From the NCBI GenBank assembly GCA_963555995.3, contig OY821641.1, positions 2,624,001 to 2,688,000 on the forward strand: DNA of 64,000 nt. Reading direction: 5' to 3'. This document shows positions 1 to 9,150 of this stretch, piece by piece. The position numbers and the translations under genes are program-made. The DNA is from Vicinamibacteria bacterium. Its GTDB lineage: Bacteria > Acidobacteriota > Vicinamibacteria > Marinacidobacterales > Marinacidobacteraceae. How positions within the stretch are numbered: the first letter of the stretch is position 1; each line of letters starts with the position of its first letter. The notes below the pieces were generated by a model. The model was not told the origin of the DNA and did no database searches. It saw nothing but the letters and a program-made list of their open reading frames with translations.

Positions 1-425
1 TTGCCGATCATGCCGCCGAGGTTGGCGCGGTTCGAGGTCGAGGTCTCGGGGCCGAACCGCAGCCCGTGGGGGGCGAGCGCCGCGCCGAAGGCGTCCTGGA
101 CCACCCCCGGCTGCACCCGGGCCCACATCTCCTCCCGGTTGATCTCGAGCACGCTCCGGAAGTGCACCGACAGGTCGAGCACCACCGCTTCGCCGACCGC
201 CTGTCCGGCGAGCGAGGTGCCGCCGCCGCGCGGCAGCACCGGCGCCCCCGCCTCCGCGGCGACCCGGACCGCCTCCGCCACATCCGCGGTGTGGCGGGGG
301 ATCACCACCCCGAGCGGCTCGACCTGGTAGATGCTGGCGTCGTTCGAGTAGAGGATCCGGCTCGCGCGGTCGAACCGCACGTCCCCCTCGATCCGCGATG
401 CAAGTTCGCGCGCCAACTCTCCCAT
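1..425 (-). CDS. FAD-linked oxidase (FAD_binding_4, GlcD/YdiJ-like), N-terminal part; runs off the window edge
   Basis: Manual translation from ATG at 425 (not in ORF track): MGELARELASRIEGDVRFDRASRILYSNDASIYQVEPLGVVIPRH...PRGGGTSLAGQAVG...VQPGVV...FGPETSTSNRANLGGMIG. PRGGGTS and GGMIG are FAD-binding PCMH motifs. Confidence 0.85.
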   Translation of the reverse strand, partial: MGELARELASRIEGDVRFDRASRILYSNDASIYQVEPLGVVIPRHTADVAEAVRVAAEAGAPVLPRGGGTSLAGQAVGEAVVLDLSVHFRSVLEINREEMWARVQPGVVQDAFGAALAPHGLRFGPETSTSNRANLGGMIG

Positions 426-478
426 GGGCCGTGGAGGGTACCGGAGCGAAAGATGCGGGCAAGGTGGCGCGACGGCCT

Positions 479-503
479 GGAACGCCGGTCTCCAGACCGG
501 CAC
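479..503 (+). repeat. REP-like palindrome (single)
   Basis: GGAAC-GCCGGTCT-CC-AGACCGGC-AC; same family recurs ~34 times in intergenic DNA. Confidence 0.85.
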
Positions 504-570
504 CGCGGCGCTCCGCGCCGCGCACGTCGCACCCCACCCGTCCTCACGGCGTGTTGGATGCGGTGGCCGG

Positions 571-1533
571 CTAGTCCCCCAACGCCTCCAGCGTCATGCT
601 CGCGATCGCCAGGTCCTGAACCCCCATCCCGGTCAGATCCACGACCGAGATCCCCTCCTCCGCCATCCGCGGATCCGGCTCGGCCAGCGCCAGCATTTCA
701 CCGAAGGAAACGTCGCAGTCCTCGGCGACCTCCCCGGCCCGCACCGCGGCGCCGAAGTCGCTGTTGCTGAGGCACTCCTCGTGGGCGTCGGTGACGATGG
801 TGTGGGCCCTGCCCAGGATGCGCGGATCCAGTTCCGTCTTCCGCGGCGTGTCGGCCCCCACGGCGACGATGTGGAGCGTCCCGGGAACGTCCTCGAGCCG
901 GACGACCGGGCTCGTGGCCGGGGTGGTGGTGACGAGGACGGCGCTCGCGTGGCACACCTCGCGGACGGTGTCCATCGGGGCCGCCGCGAGGCCGCCCGCC
1001 CGCAGCCGGTCGCAGAGCGCGGCGGCCTTCTCCGCGGCACGCCCCCAGACCGCGACCGACGAGAGCCCCAGGTGGGCGCAGATCATCCCGGCCTGCATCT
1101 CCGCCTGCGTCCCGGCGCCGATCACCCCGAGCGTCGCGTCCTTCGGGACCGGTTTCAGGCCGGCGGCGAGGGCCCCGGCAGCCGCGGTGCGGACATTGGT
1201 CAGCCAGCACTCGTCGTGGAGCAGGGCCACCGGCAGGCCGGTGTCCGCGGAGATCAGCAGCACCATGCCGCCCGCGCCCGGCAGGCCGCGGGCCGCGTTC
1301 CGGTACGACCCCGAGGCGATCTTGACCGCCACGTACGGGTTGCCGCTCCAGGTCGCGGACTTGACGTGGCACTCGCCGTGCTGTTCGTCCCGGTCGTCGC
1401 GGAAGACGATCTGGGTGGGCTCGGGGCAGTGCACCAGCCCCTGCGCGTGGGCGATGAACCCCGCCTTCACCGCCTCGACGGCGGCTTCCGGAGCGATGGC
1501 GGCCTGGATCTCGGCCAAGGAAACGATGCGCAT
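571..1533 (-). CDS. Ornithine cyclodeaminase/mu-crystallin family protein
   Basis: Start MRIVSLAEI; motifs VKIASG, LTNVRTAAAGALA, Rossmann GVIGAGTQA, AVGAD..K.ELD, DLTGMGVQDLAIA. The ORF-track N-terminal extension is REP sequence. Confidence 0.9.
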   Translation of the reverse strand: MRIVSLAEIQAAIAPEAAVEAVKAGFIAHAQGLVHCPEPTQIVFRDDRDEQHGECHVKSATWSGNPYVAVKIASGSYRNAARGLPGAGGMVLLISADTGLPVALLHDECWLTNVRTAAAGALAAGLKPVPKDATLGVIGAGTQAEMQAGMICAHLGLSSVAVWGRAAEKAAALCDRLRAGGLAAAPMDTVREVCHASAVLVTTTPATSPVVRLEDVPGTLHIVAVGADTPRKTELDPRILGRAHTIVTDAHEECLSNSDFGAAVRAGEVAEDCDVSFGEMLALAEPDPRMAEEGISVVDLTGMGVQDLAIASMTLEALGD

Positions 1534-1570
1534 GGGGTCGGTCCTCTCCGGAACGAAGCGTAGCGGGCTT

Positions 1571-1762
1571 GGAACGCCGGTCTCCAGACCGGCACAGCGG
1601 CGCTCCGCGCCGCGCACGGCGGGGCGTTCGCCTGCGCCGTGGTCCTCTCCGGATGCACCTCAGCGGATTGGAGATTTCCTTACCCGCATCCCGCAACGGC
1701 GCATAGCGAAACGACATCCGCGGCGCGGAGCGCCGCTGTGCCGGTCTGGAGACCGGCGTTCC
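1571..1762. repeat. REPIN-like inverted REP doublet
   Basis: GGAACGCCGGTCTCCAGACCGGCAC at 1571-1595 and its reverse complement at 1738-1762. Confidence 0.85.
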
Positions 1763-1787
1763 AAGCCGGCGCGCCCGCCCGCCGTCC

Positions 1788-2219
1788 TCAGTTTTGCCGC
1801 TTCGCGATCATCCCGAGCACCGCGGCGATCAGGATGAGCGCCAGCGGGACGAAGGCGGTGACGAGGCCGAGGCCGACGCCCAGGATCGGCGCGCGGAGCA
1901 GGATGACCACGGCGTTCACCAAACTCGCGATGAGCAGCCACTTGAAGAGGCGGCCCCGCCGCCGGTACGGCCCCCACGCGATCCCGAACAGCAGGATTCC
2001 GTAGGAGAGCCCGAACGCGGCCGCGGTGCCCCGCCGGGCGGAGAGCGCGGCGGCGAGTTCCGCGTCTCCGTTCGCAACCTCGGCGGGGGTGAACCGGCCG
2101 CCGATCAGGTCGGCGTCGGGGTTCAGGTAGGCGAAGTTGAGCGAGGTCAGCGAGATCAGGATCGTGATGGCTCCCAGGAGGGCGAAGATCACCCAACTTA
2201 CGGTGTGCGCGTGCTTCAT
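1788..2219 (-). CDS. Hypothetical membrane protein (~4 TM)
   Basis: 143 aa with four hydrophobic segments; co-oriented, 12 nt downstream of the amidohydrolase. Confidence 0.75.
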   Translation of the reverse strand: MKHAHTVSWVIFALLGAITILISLTSLNFAYLNPDADLIGGRFTPAEVANGDAELAAALSARRGTAAAFGLSYGILLFGIAWGPYRRRGRLFKWLLIASLVNAVVILLRAPILGVGLGLVTAFVPLALILIAAVLGMIAKRQN

Positions 2220-2231
2220 GGCCGTTACCGC

Positions 2232-3503
2232 TTACTGTCCTCCGACCCACCCGGCGCTCAGTCCGGCCCGGTCCACTTCCTCGCCCCGGAGGTACACCGA
2301 CTCGATCATCCGGGTGTTCGTGATGTCGTCGAGCGGGTTCGCCTCCAGCACCACAAAGTCAGCGCTCTTGCCGGCCGCGATGCTGCCGGTGTCGTGCAGC
2401 ATCAGGTACTCGGCGCCGGCGCTGGTGGAGGCGACGATCACCTCGTGCGGGGTCATCCCGGACTCCACCATGTCCCGCATCTCGATGTGGGGACGCCAGC
2501 CCGCGTTGCCGTCGGTGCCCATGACGATCTTCATCCCCGCCTCGTTGAGCCGGGCGAGGTTCCGCGCCTGGATGCCGAAGGACTCGTGCGCCTCGGGCCG
2601 CTCCTCGTGGGCCGCCTGGGCCGCCTCCAGCGCTTCGCCGGACAGCGTTCCCGACAGCCAGCTCATGTCCTCGTAGGCCCCGCGAGCCCCGAGGTTCGGG
2701 ATCAGGACCACGTTCGGCCGTTCCTGGACCATCGCCACGAACTCGTCGTCCACGTCCATGTCGCGGACGCTGTGGGCGAACGAGTCCACCCCGGCCTCCA
2801 GCAGCCCCTTCGCGTCCTCGAGCGAGAAGATGTGGGCGGTCACCCGGAGGCCGTGCTCGTGGGCCTCCTCGATGATCGGGCCGTAGAGGTCCGCGGTCAG
2901 CTTGTCGTACTGGCCGCCGCGGTCGTCCACCCAGATCTTCACGATGTCCACGTTCGCGGCGGCGAGCTCCCGGACCGCGGCCCGCCCCTCCTCTGCGGTG
3001 TTGATCCAGTAGGGGGCCTCGGAGCGCCCCGGCTCGTGCCGGGTGATCCCGCGTCCGGCGGTCATCGCGAGGGCCGCGCCCGGGACCGGGTTGTCGCGCA
3101 CGGCGGCCCCCGCGTCGCCGTCGTCATGGCCGAGGCTCACGGCGGCGCCGACCCCGTAGTAGGCGCGCCGCTGGAGGTCGTCCACCAGGCCCTCGCGGTC
3201 CACCCGCAGGTGCACATGGGTATCAATGAGCGCCGGGATGACGAACCGGCCGGAGAGGTCCACCCGCGCGGCGCCCTCCGGCGCCATGACCGCGTCCGCC
3301 GCCCCCGCGGCTACGAAGCGGCCGTCTTCGACCACGAAGACGCCGTTCTCGATCGGGTCGCTGCCGTCACCGACGATGACGGTCGCGCCCTCGAACACGA
3401 CGGCGTTCGACTGCGGGGCCTCCCCGGTCGGGGCGCAGGCGCCGAAGAGCAAGAGTGCGGCGGAAAGAGTGGCGCAGACCGCGCCGGTCCGGTTTCGGAA
3501 CAT
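2232..3503 (-). CDS. Amidohydrolase family lipoprotein
   Basis: GGAGG RBS, lipobox LLFGAC, PALIDTHVH (HxH), VKIW, TAHIF, MGTDG, GSIAAGKSADFVVLEANPLDDI. Confidence 0.9.
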   Translation of the reverse strand: MFRNRTGAVCATLSAALLLFGACAPTGEAPQSNAVVFEGATVIVGDGSDPIENGVFVVEDGRFVAAGAADAVMAPEGAARVDLSGRFVIPALIDTHVHLRVDREGLVDDLQRRAYYGVGAAVSLGHDDGDAGAAVRDNPVPGAALAMTAGRGITRHEPGRSEAPYWINTAEEGRAAVRELAAANVDIVKIWVDDRGGQYDKLTADLYGPIIEEAHEHGLRVTAHIFSLEDAKGLLEAGVDSFAHSVRDMDVDDEFVAMVQERPNVVLIPNLGARGAYEDMSWLSGTLSGEALEAAQAAHEERPEAHESFGIQARNLARLNEAGMKIVMGTDGNAGWRPHIEMRDMVESGMTPHEVIVASTSAGAEYLMLHDTGSIAAGKSADFVVLEANPLDDITNTRMIESVYLRGEEVDRAGLSAGWVGGQ

Positions 3504-3673
3504 GCTGTCTCCTCCTGGGCTTGCGGCGGGCGGAAGGCCCGTCCGCAGGAAGTCGTGGGGCGGAAAGACTACCGGCTCGAAGGCCGTCCCCGCATCAGCG
3601 ACAAGAGCCCGCATCCAGTAGTCTCCGTCGCGTGATCCGGCCGCCGGGACCGAGGCCGGACCGAGGAGGGGTC

Positions 3674-5653
3674 ATGAGACTGCACCGTTTTCTTGTCGCC
3701 GCAGCGGGACTGGCGTTCGCCGGGGGGCTCGCGTGTTCGGTGGAGGAAGGCGGTTCGCCGGCCGCGTCCGCCGACGAGATCGCCGGGCCGATCGGCGCCG
3801 CCGAACTGGTGGACCTGCGGGCCGCGGTCGGGGGCAGCCGTTCGCCGCAGTGGGCGCCGGACGGGTCCCTGATCACCTTCGTGTCGGCCGGGGGCGACCT
3901 CGCCGGCGTGGACCCCGCGGACGGGTCGTTCCGGGTCCTCACCCCGGACCTGACGCTCAGCGGGGTGGGATCGCTCGGGGCCCCGCAGCCGGTCTGGTCG
4001 CCCGACGGACGTTTCGTCGCCTACACCACCGACCGCGACGGCGCGCCGGACATCTACCTGTGGTCGGCCGAGGACGGCACGGACCGGCGCCTCACCCGGC
4101 TCTCGGCGCGGGCGAACGGGCTCGCCTGGTCTCCCGACGGCCAATGGATCGCGTTCGCGGGCGACCGGTTCGGCAACATGGACATCTGGAAGGTGTCGGT
4201 TCCTGAGGGACAGGTACACCGCCTGACCGGCGACCCGCTCTACGAGGGATATCCGAGCTGGGCTCCGGACTCCGGGGCGCTCTTCTACGTGCGCATGGAC
4301 GACCGCTGGGTGGATCACGACGTGATCGAGGTCACCCCCGACGGCCGGAACCCGCGCACGGTGGTGGAGGACCGCGGCTTCTTCGACTACCGCGCGGGCC
4401 GGGGGTTCGGCGCCGCCCAGCCGTCGCCCGACGGCGAGCACCTGCTCTTCCGCTCGCAGCGGAGCGGCTGGCTGAACTTCTGGATCGCGCCGCGCGCGGG
4501 GGGCGAGCCCCGGCCGCTGGCGGCTTCCGACCACGACCAGAGCGACGCCCGCTGGTCGCCCGACGGCGCCTGGGTCAGCTATACCGAGAACCGGGGCGGC
4601 GTCCATTCGCTGCGGCTGGCGGCGGCCGACGGGTCCGGCGGCCGGACGCTCGTGGAGCGGGAGAACGGAGCGGCGCTCCGTCCCGAGTGGTCACCCGACG
4701 GGACCCGGATCAGCTACACCTTCGAGACCCCGGCGCGTCCCGCGGAACTCTTCGTGCTCGACGTCGCGTCGGGAGAGAGCACGCTGGCGCACAGCGAGAT
4801 CGGCGCGGACGCCGAGCCCCGGGTCCATCTCCCCGAGAAGATCCGCTACCCGAGCACCGACGGCCTCACCATCGAGGCCTACCTGCACCGGCCCCCGGAC
4901 GCCGCTCCCGGCGAACGCTTCCCCGGCGTGGTCTGGATCCACGGCGGACCCACGTCCCAGTTCGACGAGCAGTTCCGGCGGCACCAGCAGGTCCACTTCT
5001 TCGCCCAGCGCGGCTACGTCGTGCTCATGCCGAACATCCGCGGCAGTTCCGGCTACGGCCTCGCCTTCGAGGACCTCAACAACGGCTGCTGGGGACACTG
5101 CGACCTCGAGGACATCCTCGCCGGGGTGGACTACCTGAAGGGCCGCCCCGACGTGGACCCCGACCGGATCGGGGTCACCGGCACCAGCTACGGCGGGATC
5201 ATGACCATGGCGGCGGTCGCCTTCGCCCCGGACGTCTTCCAGGCGGCCATCTCGCTGTCGGGGTACGGCGACATGACCGAGTTCCACTCCACGGTCCACG
5301 AACTCCAGCACATCAAGCTGGTCGAGTACGAACTCGGCCCGTACCCCGAGAACCGGGAGACCTACCGGAACAGCTCCTCCATCCTGAAGGCGCACCAGGT
5401 CACGACCCCGACTTTCGTGATCCAGGGCGAGGGCGTGGCCGCCGGCTGGCGGATGCGCGAGGACCAGCCGCAGGCCGCGCTGAACTTCGCCCGCAAGCTC
5501 GACCAGCACTACAAGATCGTCCGCTACAAGGCGTACCCGAACGAGGGGTACTACGTGTACGGGAGGCAGAACACGATCGACAAGCTCCACGACATGCTCG
5601 ACTTCTTCGAGGAGTTCCTGACCACCGACATCCACTACCCCACCACGGAGTGA
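3674..5653 (+). CDS. S9 family peptidase-like lipoprotein with PD40/TolB-like propeller
   Basis: GAGGAGG RBS, lipobox GGLAC, repeated WSPDG, IHGGP, NIRGSSGYG, GTSYGG nucleophile elbow. The catalytic His position reads EGY (see findings). Confidence 0.9.
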   Translation: MRLHRFLVAAAGLAFAGGLACSVEEGGSPAASADEIAGPIGAAELVDLRAAVGGSRSPQWAPDGSLITFVSAGGDLAGVDPADGSFRVLTPDLTLSGVGSLGAPQPVWSPDGRFVAYTTDRDGAPDIYLWSAEDGTDRRLTRLSARANGLAWSPDGQWIAFAGDRFGNMDIWKVSVPEGQVHRLTGDPLYEGYPSWAPDSGALFYVRMDDRWVDHDVIEVTPDGRNPRTVVEDRGFFDYRAGRGFGAAQPSPDGEHLLFRSQRSGWLNFWIAPRAGGEPRPLAASDHDQSDARWSPDGAWVSYTENRGGVHSLRLAAADGSGGRTLVERENGAALRPEWSPDGTRISYTFETPARPAELFVLDVASGESTLAHSEIGADAEPRVHLPEKIRYPSTDGLTIEAYLHRPPDAAPGERFPGVVWIHGGPTSQFDEQFRRHQQVHFFAQRGYVVLMPNIRGSSGYGLAFEDLNNGCWGHCDLEDILAGVDYLKGRPDVDPDRIGVTGTSYGGIMTMAAVAFAPDVFQAAISLSGYGDMTEFHSTVHELQHIKLVEYELGPYPENRETYRNSSSILKAHQVTTPTFVIQGEGVAAGWRMREDQPQAALNFARKLDQHYKIVRYKAYPNEGYYVYGRQNTIDKLHDMLDFFEEFLTTDIHYPTTE

Positions 5654-5699
5654 ACCCGGGAGTTGACCGGCGACACCGGCCTCCATGGCGACGCGGGCT

Positions 5700-5858
5700 G
5701 GGAGCGCCGGTGTTCACACCGGCACGCGCTGCGTAGCAGCGCACGGCACGACACTGATCTCTGCGATGGCTCTCCCCCTCTCGGTACAACATCGCGAACA
5801 GCGACACCGCATCCGCGGGCCTTCGGCCCGCTGTGCCGGTGTGAACACCGGCGCTCCC
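5700..5858. repeat. REPIN-like doublet (GTGT/ACAC stem variant, spacer family S1)
   Basis: GGGAGCGCCGGTGTTCACACCGGCAC and its reverse complement, with a CGGGCCTTCGGCCCG hairpin inside the spacer. Confidence 0.85.
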
Positions 5859-5917
5859 AGCATCTCGCGGCGCGAGCGTCGGCGCTCACCTGGGTGTCAC
5901 CACAGACCGTTCACGTG

Positions 5918-5958
5918 AACCTTGAAAATCAAAAGCCGTGCTTTTGATTTTCAAGGTT
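5918..5958. terminator. Perfect 19-bp AT-rich hairpin between convergent genes; possible bidirectional terminator or protein-binding site
   Basis: AACCTTGAAAATCAAAAGC-CGT-GCTTTTGATTTTCAAGGTT. Confidence 0.5.
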
Positions 5959-6039
5959 GAAGGCGGATCGAGAGGGGGAGTGCACCGTCCCTCATCCCGC
6001 CCGGGCGCGATGGCCGATGCCAGCCGCCCGGCCCTTCGG

Positions 6040-8097
6040 TTACTGCGGTTCGCCGAGGTTGACCGGTTCCGGATCCACCAGCTTCACCGCCCACAGCCCC
6101 GAGTGGTGGTCGGCGACGAAGATGTGGCCCTTGTAGGGCTGCGGCCCCCAGACCATGGGGGCATTGGGGATGAAGCTCTCCGGGTCCTGCGGCCGGAAGA
6201 CCGCGATCTCGCGGCCCTGGCGGTAGAGGTCGCCCCGTAGCTCGCCGGAGATGTCCACCACCCGCAGGCCGCCGTTGTAGTAGCCGATGTAGAGGATGTC
6301 GTCCTCGACCCAGAGGTTGTGGGTCCCGGCCTCGGGCACCTGGTAGCGCGCCACCTCGCGGGCGTCCTCCCACTCGTCCCACTCGTAGATGTGGATCCAG
6401 CCGGCGGCCCGGTCGGGCGTGTCCGGCTCGCCGATCGTCTGGTAGGGGAACGCCTCGTCGCCGCCGATCATCAGGAACTTGCCGGTGGACTGGCTGCGGT
6501 AGGGATAGGCGGCGTGGTTCCAACCGCTCGGGTAGCGGGTCCGCCCCAGTTCGACCGGGTTGTTCGGGGCGCCGCCCCTGCCGCCGCCGCCAACGTCCAC
6601 CGCGACGATCCCATCGTCCCAGTTGGACGAGTAGGCGATCCCGTCCACCACCCAGACGTCGTGGATGGAGTGGCCGGGGGTGTCCAGCTCGAAACGTCCC
6701 ACCCGGTACGGGTTCGTCGGGTCCTCGGCGTTCAGGATGTCGTAGCGGCGTCCCGCCGAGAGCGCGTAGATGTGGTCCTCCGCGATGAAGACGTTGTGGA
6801 CGCCGCCGGTGAGCTGGTCGTCGTAGCGGGCGATCACCTGCACCCCGCTCTGCGGGTCGCTGACGTCCAGGATCACGAGGCCGTTCCGCCGGTTGGAGGC
6901 GCCCTCGCGGCTGATGACGCAGAACTGCGCGTCCTCCGAGACCTTCACGTCGTTCACCGTCCGGGCGTCCACGCGCACCGTGTCAATGAGCGACATCGCC
7001 GCGGGGTCGGTGACGTCCCAGAAGTAGGCGTGGCCGTCGGCGCCCCAGGTGCCGGTGACCGCGTAGTCGCGGCCGTCCGTGCCCTCCCAGACCCAGAGGT
7101 CGGAGGTGTAGCGGTCGCGGACGGGGCCCTGTCCCACGATCTCGACGTCCTTCCGCACCTTCCGGGACGTCACCGCCACGGTGGCGCTGGCCGACGTCGT
7201 GAAGCCGTCGGCGATCACGGTGTGGGTCCCCGAGCGCTCGGCCACGAAGGCGCCGGCGGCGTCCACCTGGCCGATGGCGCCCGGCGCCACGATCCCGTCC
7301 GCCGGCGCCCCGAGGGTCGCGAACTGCACCGGGTAGTCGGGGACCTCGTTCCCGGCGGCGTCGGTCACCTTCGCCTCGAAAAAGACCACGTCGCCGGTGC
7401 GGATCGCCTCCTCGGGCGCCCCGGTGAGCGTGATGGAGGCGACCGGGTTGGCGAGCACTTCGATCTCGGTGTCGCTGGACGCCTCCTCGGCGGAGACGGT
7501 GAGGGTCGTCCGTCCCGCTCCGGTCAGGGCGAGCGTCCCGAGGGAATCCACGCTCGCCACCGACGGGTCCGCGCTGCTCCAGCCCACCTCCACGTCGCTG
7601 CGGACCGCGCCCGAAATGTCGGTGACCGTCGAACGCAGCCCGATCTCGGTGCCGGCGTAGAGGTGGCCGGGCAGGTTGGCGACCTCCACCGTGGCCACCG
7701 GCGGGTTGGGGATGGTCACCGGGATCTCCACCATCACCGCGGGTTCGGCCCGCCGGTCGGTGTCCTCGGGATCCTTCGGGACCATGGCGATCAGGGTGTG
7801 CTCGCCGGGCCGGAAGGCCTCCACGATGCCGGCGGGGTTCACGCCCACCGAGCGGCGGCGGCGCGAGAAGAAGACGACGGTGCGGTCCATGGCGTTGCCG
7901 TCCGCGTCGCGGACCTCGGCCTCGAGGGTGGCCGTCGCCCCCACCTCGAGCGTCAGTTCGCTCGGGGTGATGACGAGTTCGGCGGGCTCGGGGCCGGCGG
8001 TCTCCTCGGCTTCCTCCTGGGCGAACGCCGGAAGGGCGAGGAGGAGAGCGGCGACGGCCGCCACGGGAATCGGTTGAGGGCGGAATGTGCGGGTCAT
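6040..8097 (-). CDS. Secreted Ig-like (Big_2) + LVIVD-repeat propeller protein, paralog 1
   Basis: Signal peptide ending PAFA-Q, Ig-like segments (WSSADPSVASVD), LVILDVSDP/LRVVDIS repeats, His motifs GGVHN, HSIHD, GWNH, GTHN. Confidence 0.85.
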   Translation of the reverse strand: MTRTFRPQPIPVAAVAALLLALPAFAQEEAEETAGPEPAELVITPSELTLEVGATATLEAEVRDADGNAMDRTVVFFSRRRRSVGVNPAGIVEAFRPGEHTLIAMVPKDPEDTDRRAEPAVMVEIPVTIPNPPVATVEVANLPGHLYAGTEIGLRSTVTDISGAVRSDVEVGWSSADPSVASVDSLGTLALTGAGRTTLTVSAEEASSDTEIEVLANPVASITLTGAPEEAIRTGDVVFFEAKVTDAAGNEVPDYPVQFATLGAPADGIVAPGAIGQVDAAGAFVAERSGTHTVIADGFTTSASATVAVTSRKVRKDVEIVGQGPVRDRYTSDLWVWEGTDGRDYAVTGTWGADGHAYFWDVTDPAAMSLIDTVRVDARTVNDVKVSEDAQFCVISREGASNRRNGLVILDVSDPQSGVQVIARYDDQLTGGVHNVFIAEDHIYALSAGRRYDILNAEDPTNPYRVGRFELDTPGHSIHDVWVVDGIAYSSNWDDGIVAVDVGGGGRGGAPNNPVELGRTRYPSGWNHAAYPYRSQSTGKFLMIGGDEAFPYQTIGEPDTPDRAAGWIHIYEWDEWEDAREVARYQVPEAGTHNLWVEDDILYIGYYNGGLRVVDISGELRGDLYRQGREIAVFRPQDPESFIPNAPMVWGPQPYKGHIFVADHHSGLWAVKLVDPEPVNLGEPQ

Positions 8098-8162
8098 GGA
8101 GCGCGGTCCCTCCGTGCGGGGGAATATACGCCCGCCCGCCGCTACTGCACGTTCGCTTCGAT

Positions 8163-8215
8163 TTTTCCACATTTCGTCACGCGGTGGGAAATTTCCGACC
8201 GGAATTGCGTCTATG
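8163..8215 (+). promoter_or_regulatory. Putative ECF-sigma promoter (GGGAAA-N16-CGTCTA) overlapping an inverted repeat TTTCCAC...GTGGGAAA
   Basis: The same motif and spacing recur at 31182-31235, also upstream of a small coiled-coil gene. Confidence 0.5.
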
Positions 8216-8270
8216 TCTTTTGGGGAGGCTTCCGTTCGACGGACGCCCCTTTTCCCCGAAGGAGCTACCG

Positions 8271-8636
8271 ATGCCTCAAAGCGCGCCGCAACCATCCCCG
8301 CGTGAACAAGATACGTCTCGGCGGCGGGGAGAAACCCCGCCTTCCGGCAGGGACGATGCGACACGGAAACCAGCGCCGAACGGCGCTCTGTACCACACCC
8401 TGGTGAAGGCCGGATTCGAGCCTCAGGTGGCCTATACTGCTGAAAGGCGGATACAGGCCATGACTTCGGAGATCGCTGGCGACCGCGTGCAGCCGGTGCT
8501 CGCGGAAATCCGGCAGATTCGGGAGAACATGAAGTCGGATCTGGCTGCCACCGAGACCCGGATCGTCAAGTGGATGTTCGGGGCGCTGATGGCCCAGGGA
8601 GCGTTCATCATCGCCGTCATCAAGCTGCTGGGCTGA
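8271..8636 (+). CDS. Small coiled-coil protein with C-terminal TM (DUF1640/CCDC90-like)
   Basis: AAGGAG RBS before ATG 8271; C-terminus KSDLAATETRIVKWMFGALMAQGAFIIAVIKLL. Confidence 0.7.
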   Translation: MPQSAPQPSPREQDTSRRRGETPPSGRDDATRKPAPNGALYHTLVKAGFEPQVAYTAERRIQAMTSEIAGDRVQPVLAEIRQIRENMKSDLAATETRIVKWMFGALMAQGAFIIAVIKLLG

Positions 8637-8809
8637 CCTCTGGAGCTGCTTGCGCAGCGGCGCCCGGAGGGACGGAGCGCAGGATCGCCCGCCTGCGGCG
8701 GCCGCGGGCATTTCAGGAGGAGGCTGAAGCGACTCACGGCAGGCGGCCGACCTTCGTCGCCGCAGCGAACTGCACCACCCGCCCGCCGTGAAAACGGCGG
8801 AAACGGCTT

Positions 8810-9008
8810 GGAGCGCCGGCTTCAGCCGGCACAGCCCGCCAAGGGCGGGCAGCGGGAAGGACCTCACCTGCCGGGATGGCACGAAGGCCGGGAACGCGGG
8901 CCACCAGTTCTTCGGTGGCGCCTCAACTGCCCTCGCGCCATCCGGCCGGCAGCTGTACGTCGTCCCGCTGCGCTTCGCGCAGCAAGTGCCGGCTGAAGCC
9001 GGCGCTCC
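8810..9008. repeat. REPIN-like doublet (GCCGGC-TTCA-GCCGGC variant, spacer family S2)
   Basis: GGAGCGCCGGCTTCAGCCGGCAC and reverse complement; spacer homologous to 46036-46192. Confidence 0.85.
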
Positions 9009-9150
9009 AAGCCGGCGGCGCCCTGAGGGCTGTTGGCGGATCTGCGGGATCCGATTCTCACGGCAACTGGGCCGCGTGCGTTTACCCGCCGACCGCTAAT
9101 ATCTGACCAGACCTTGAGGGCGGCGCGGTTCGACGCGCCGCCGACACACC

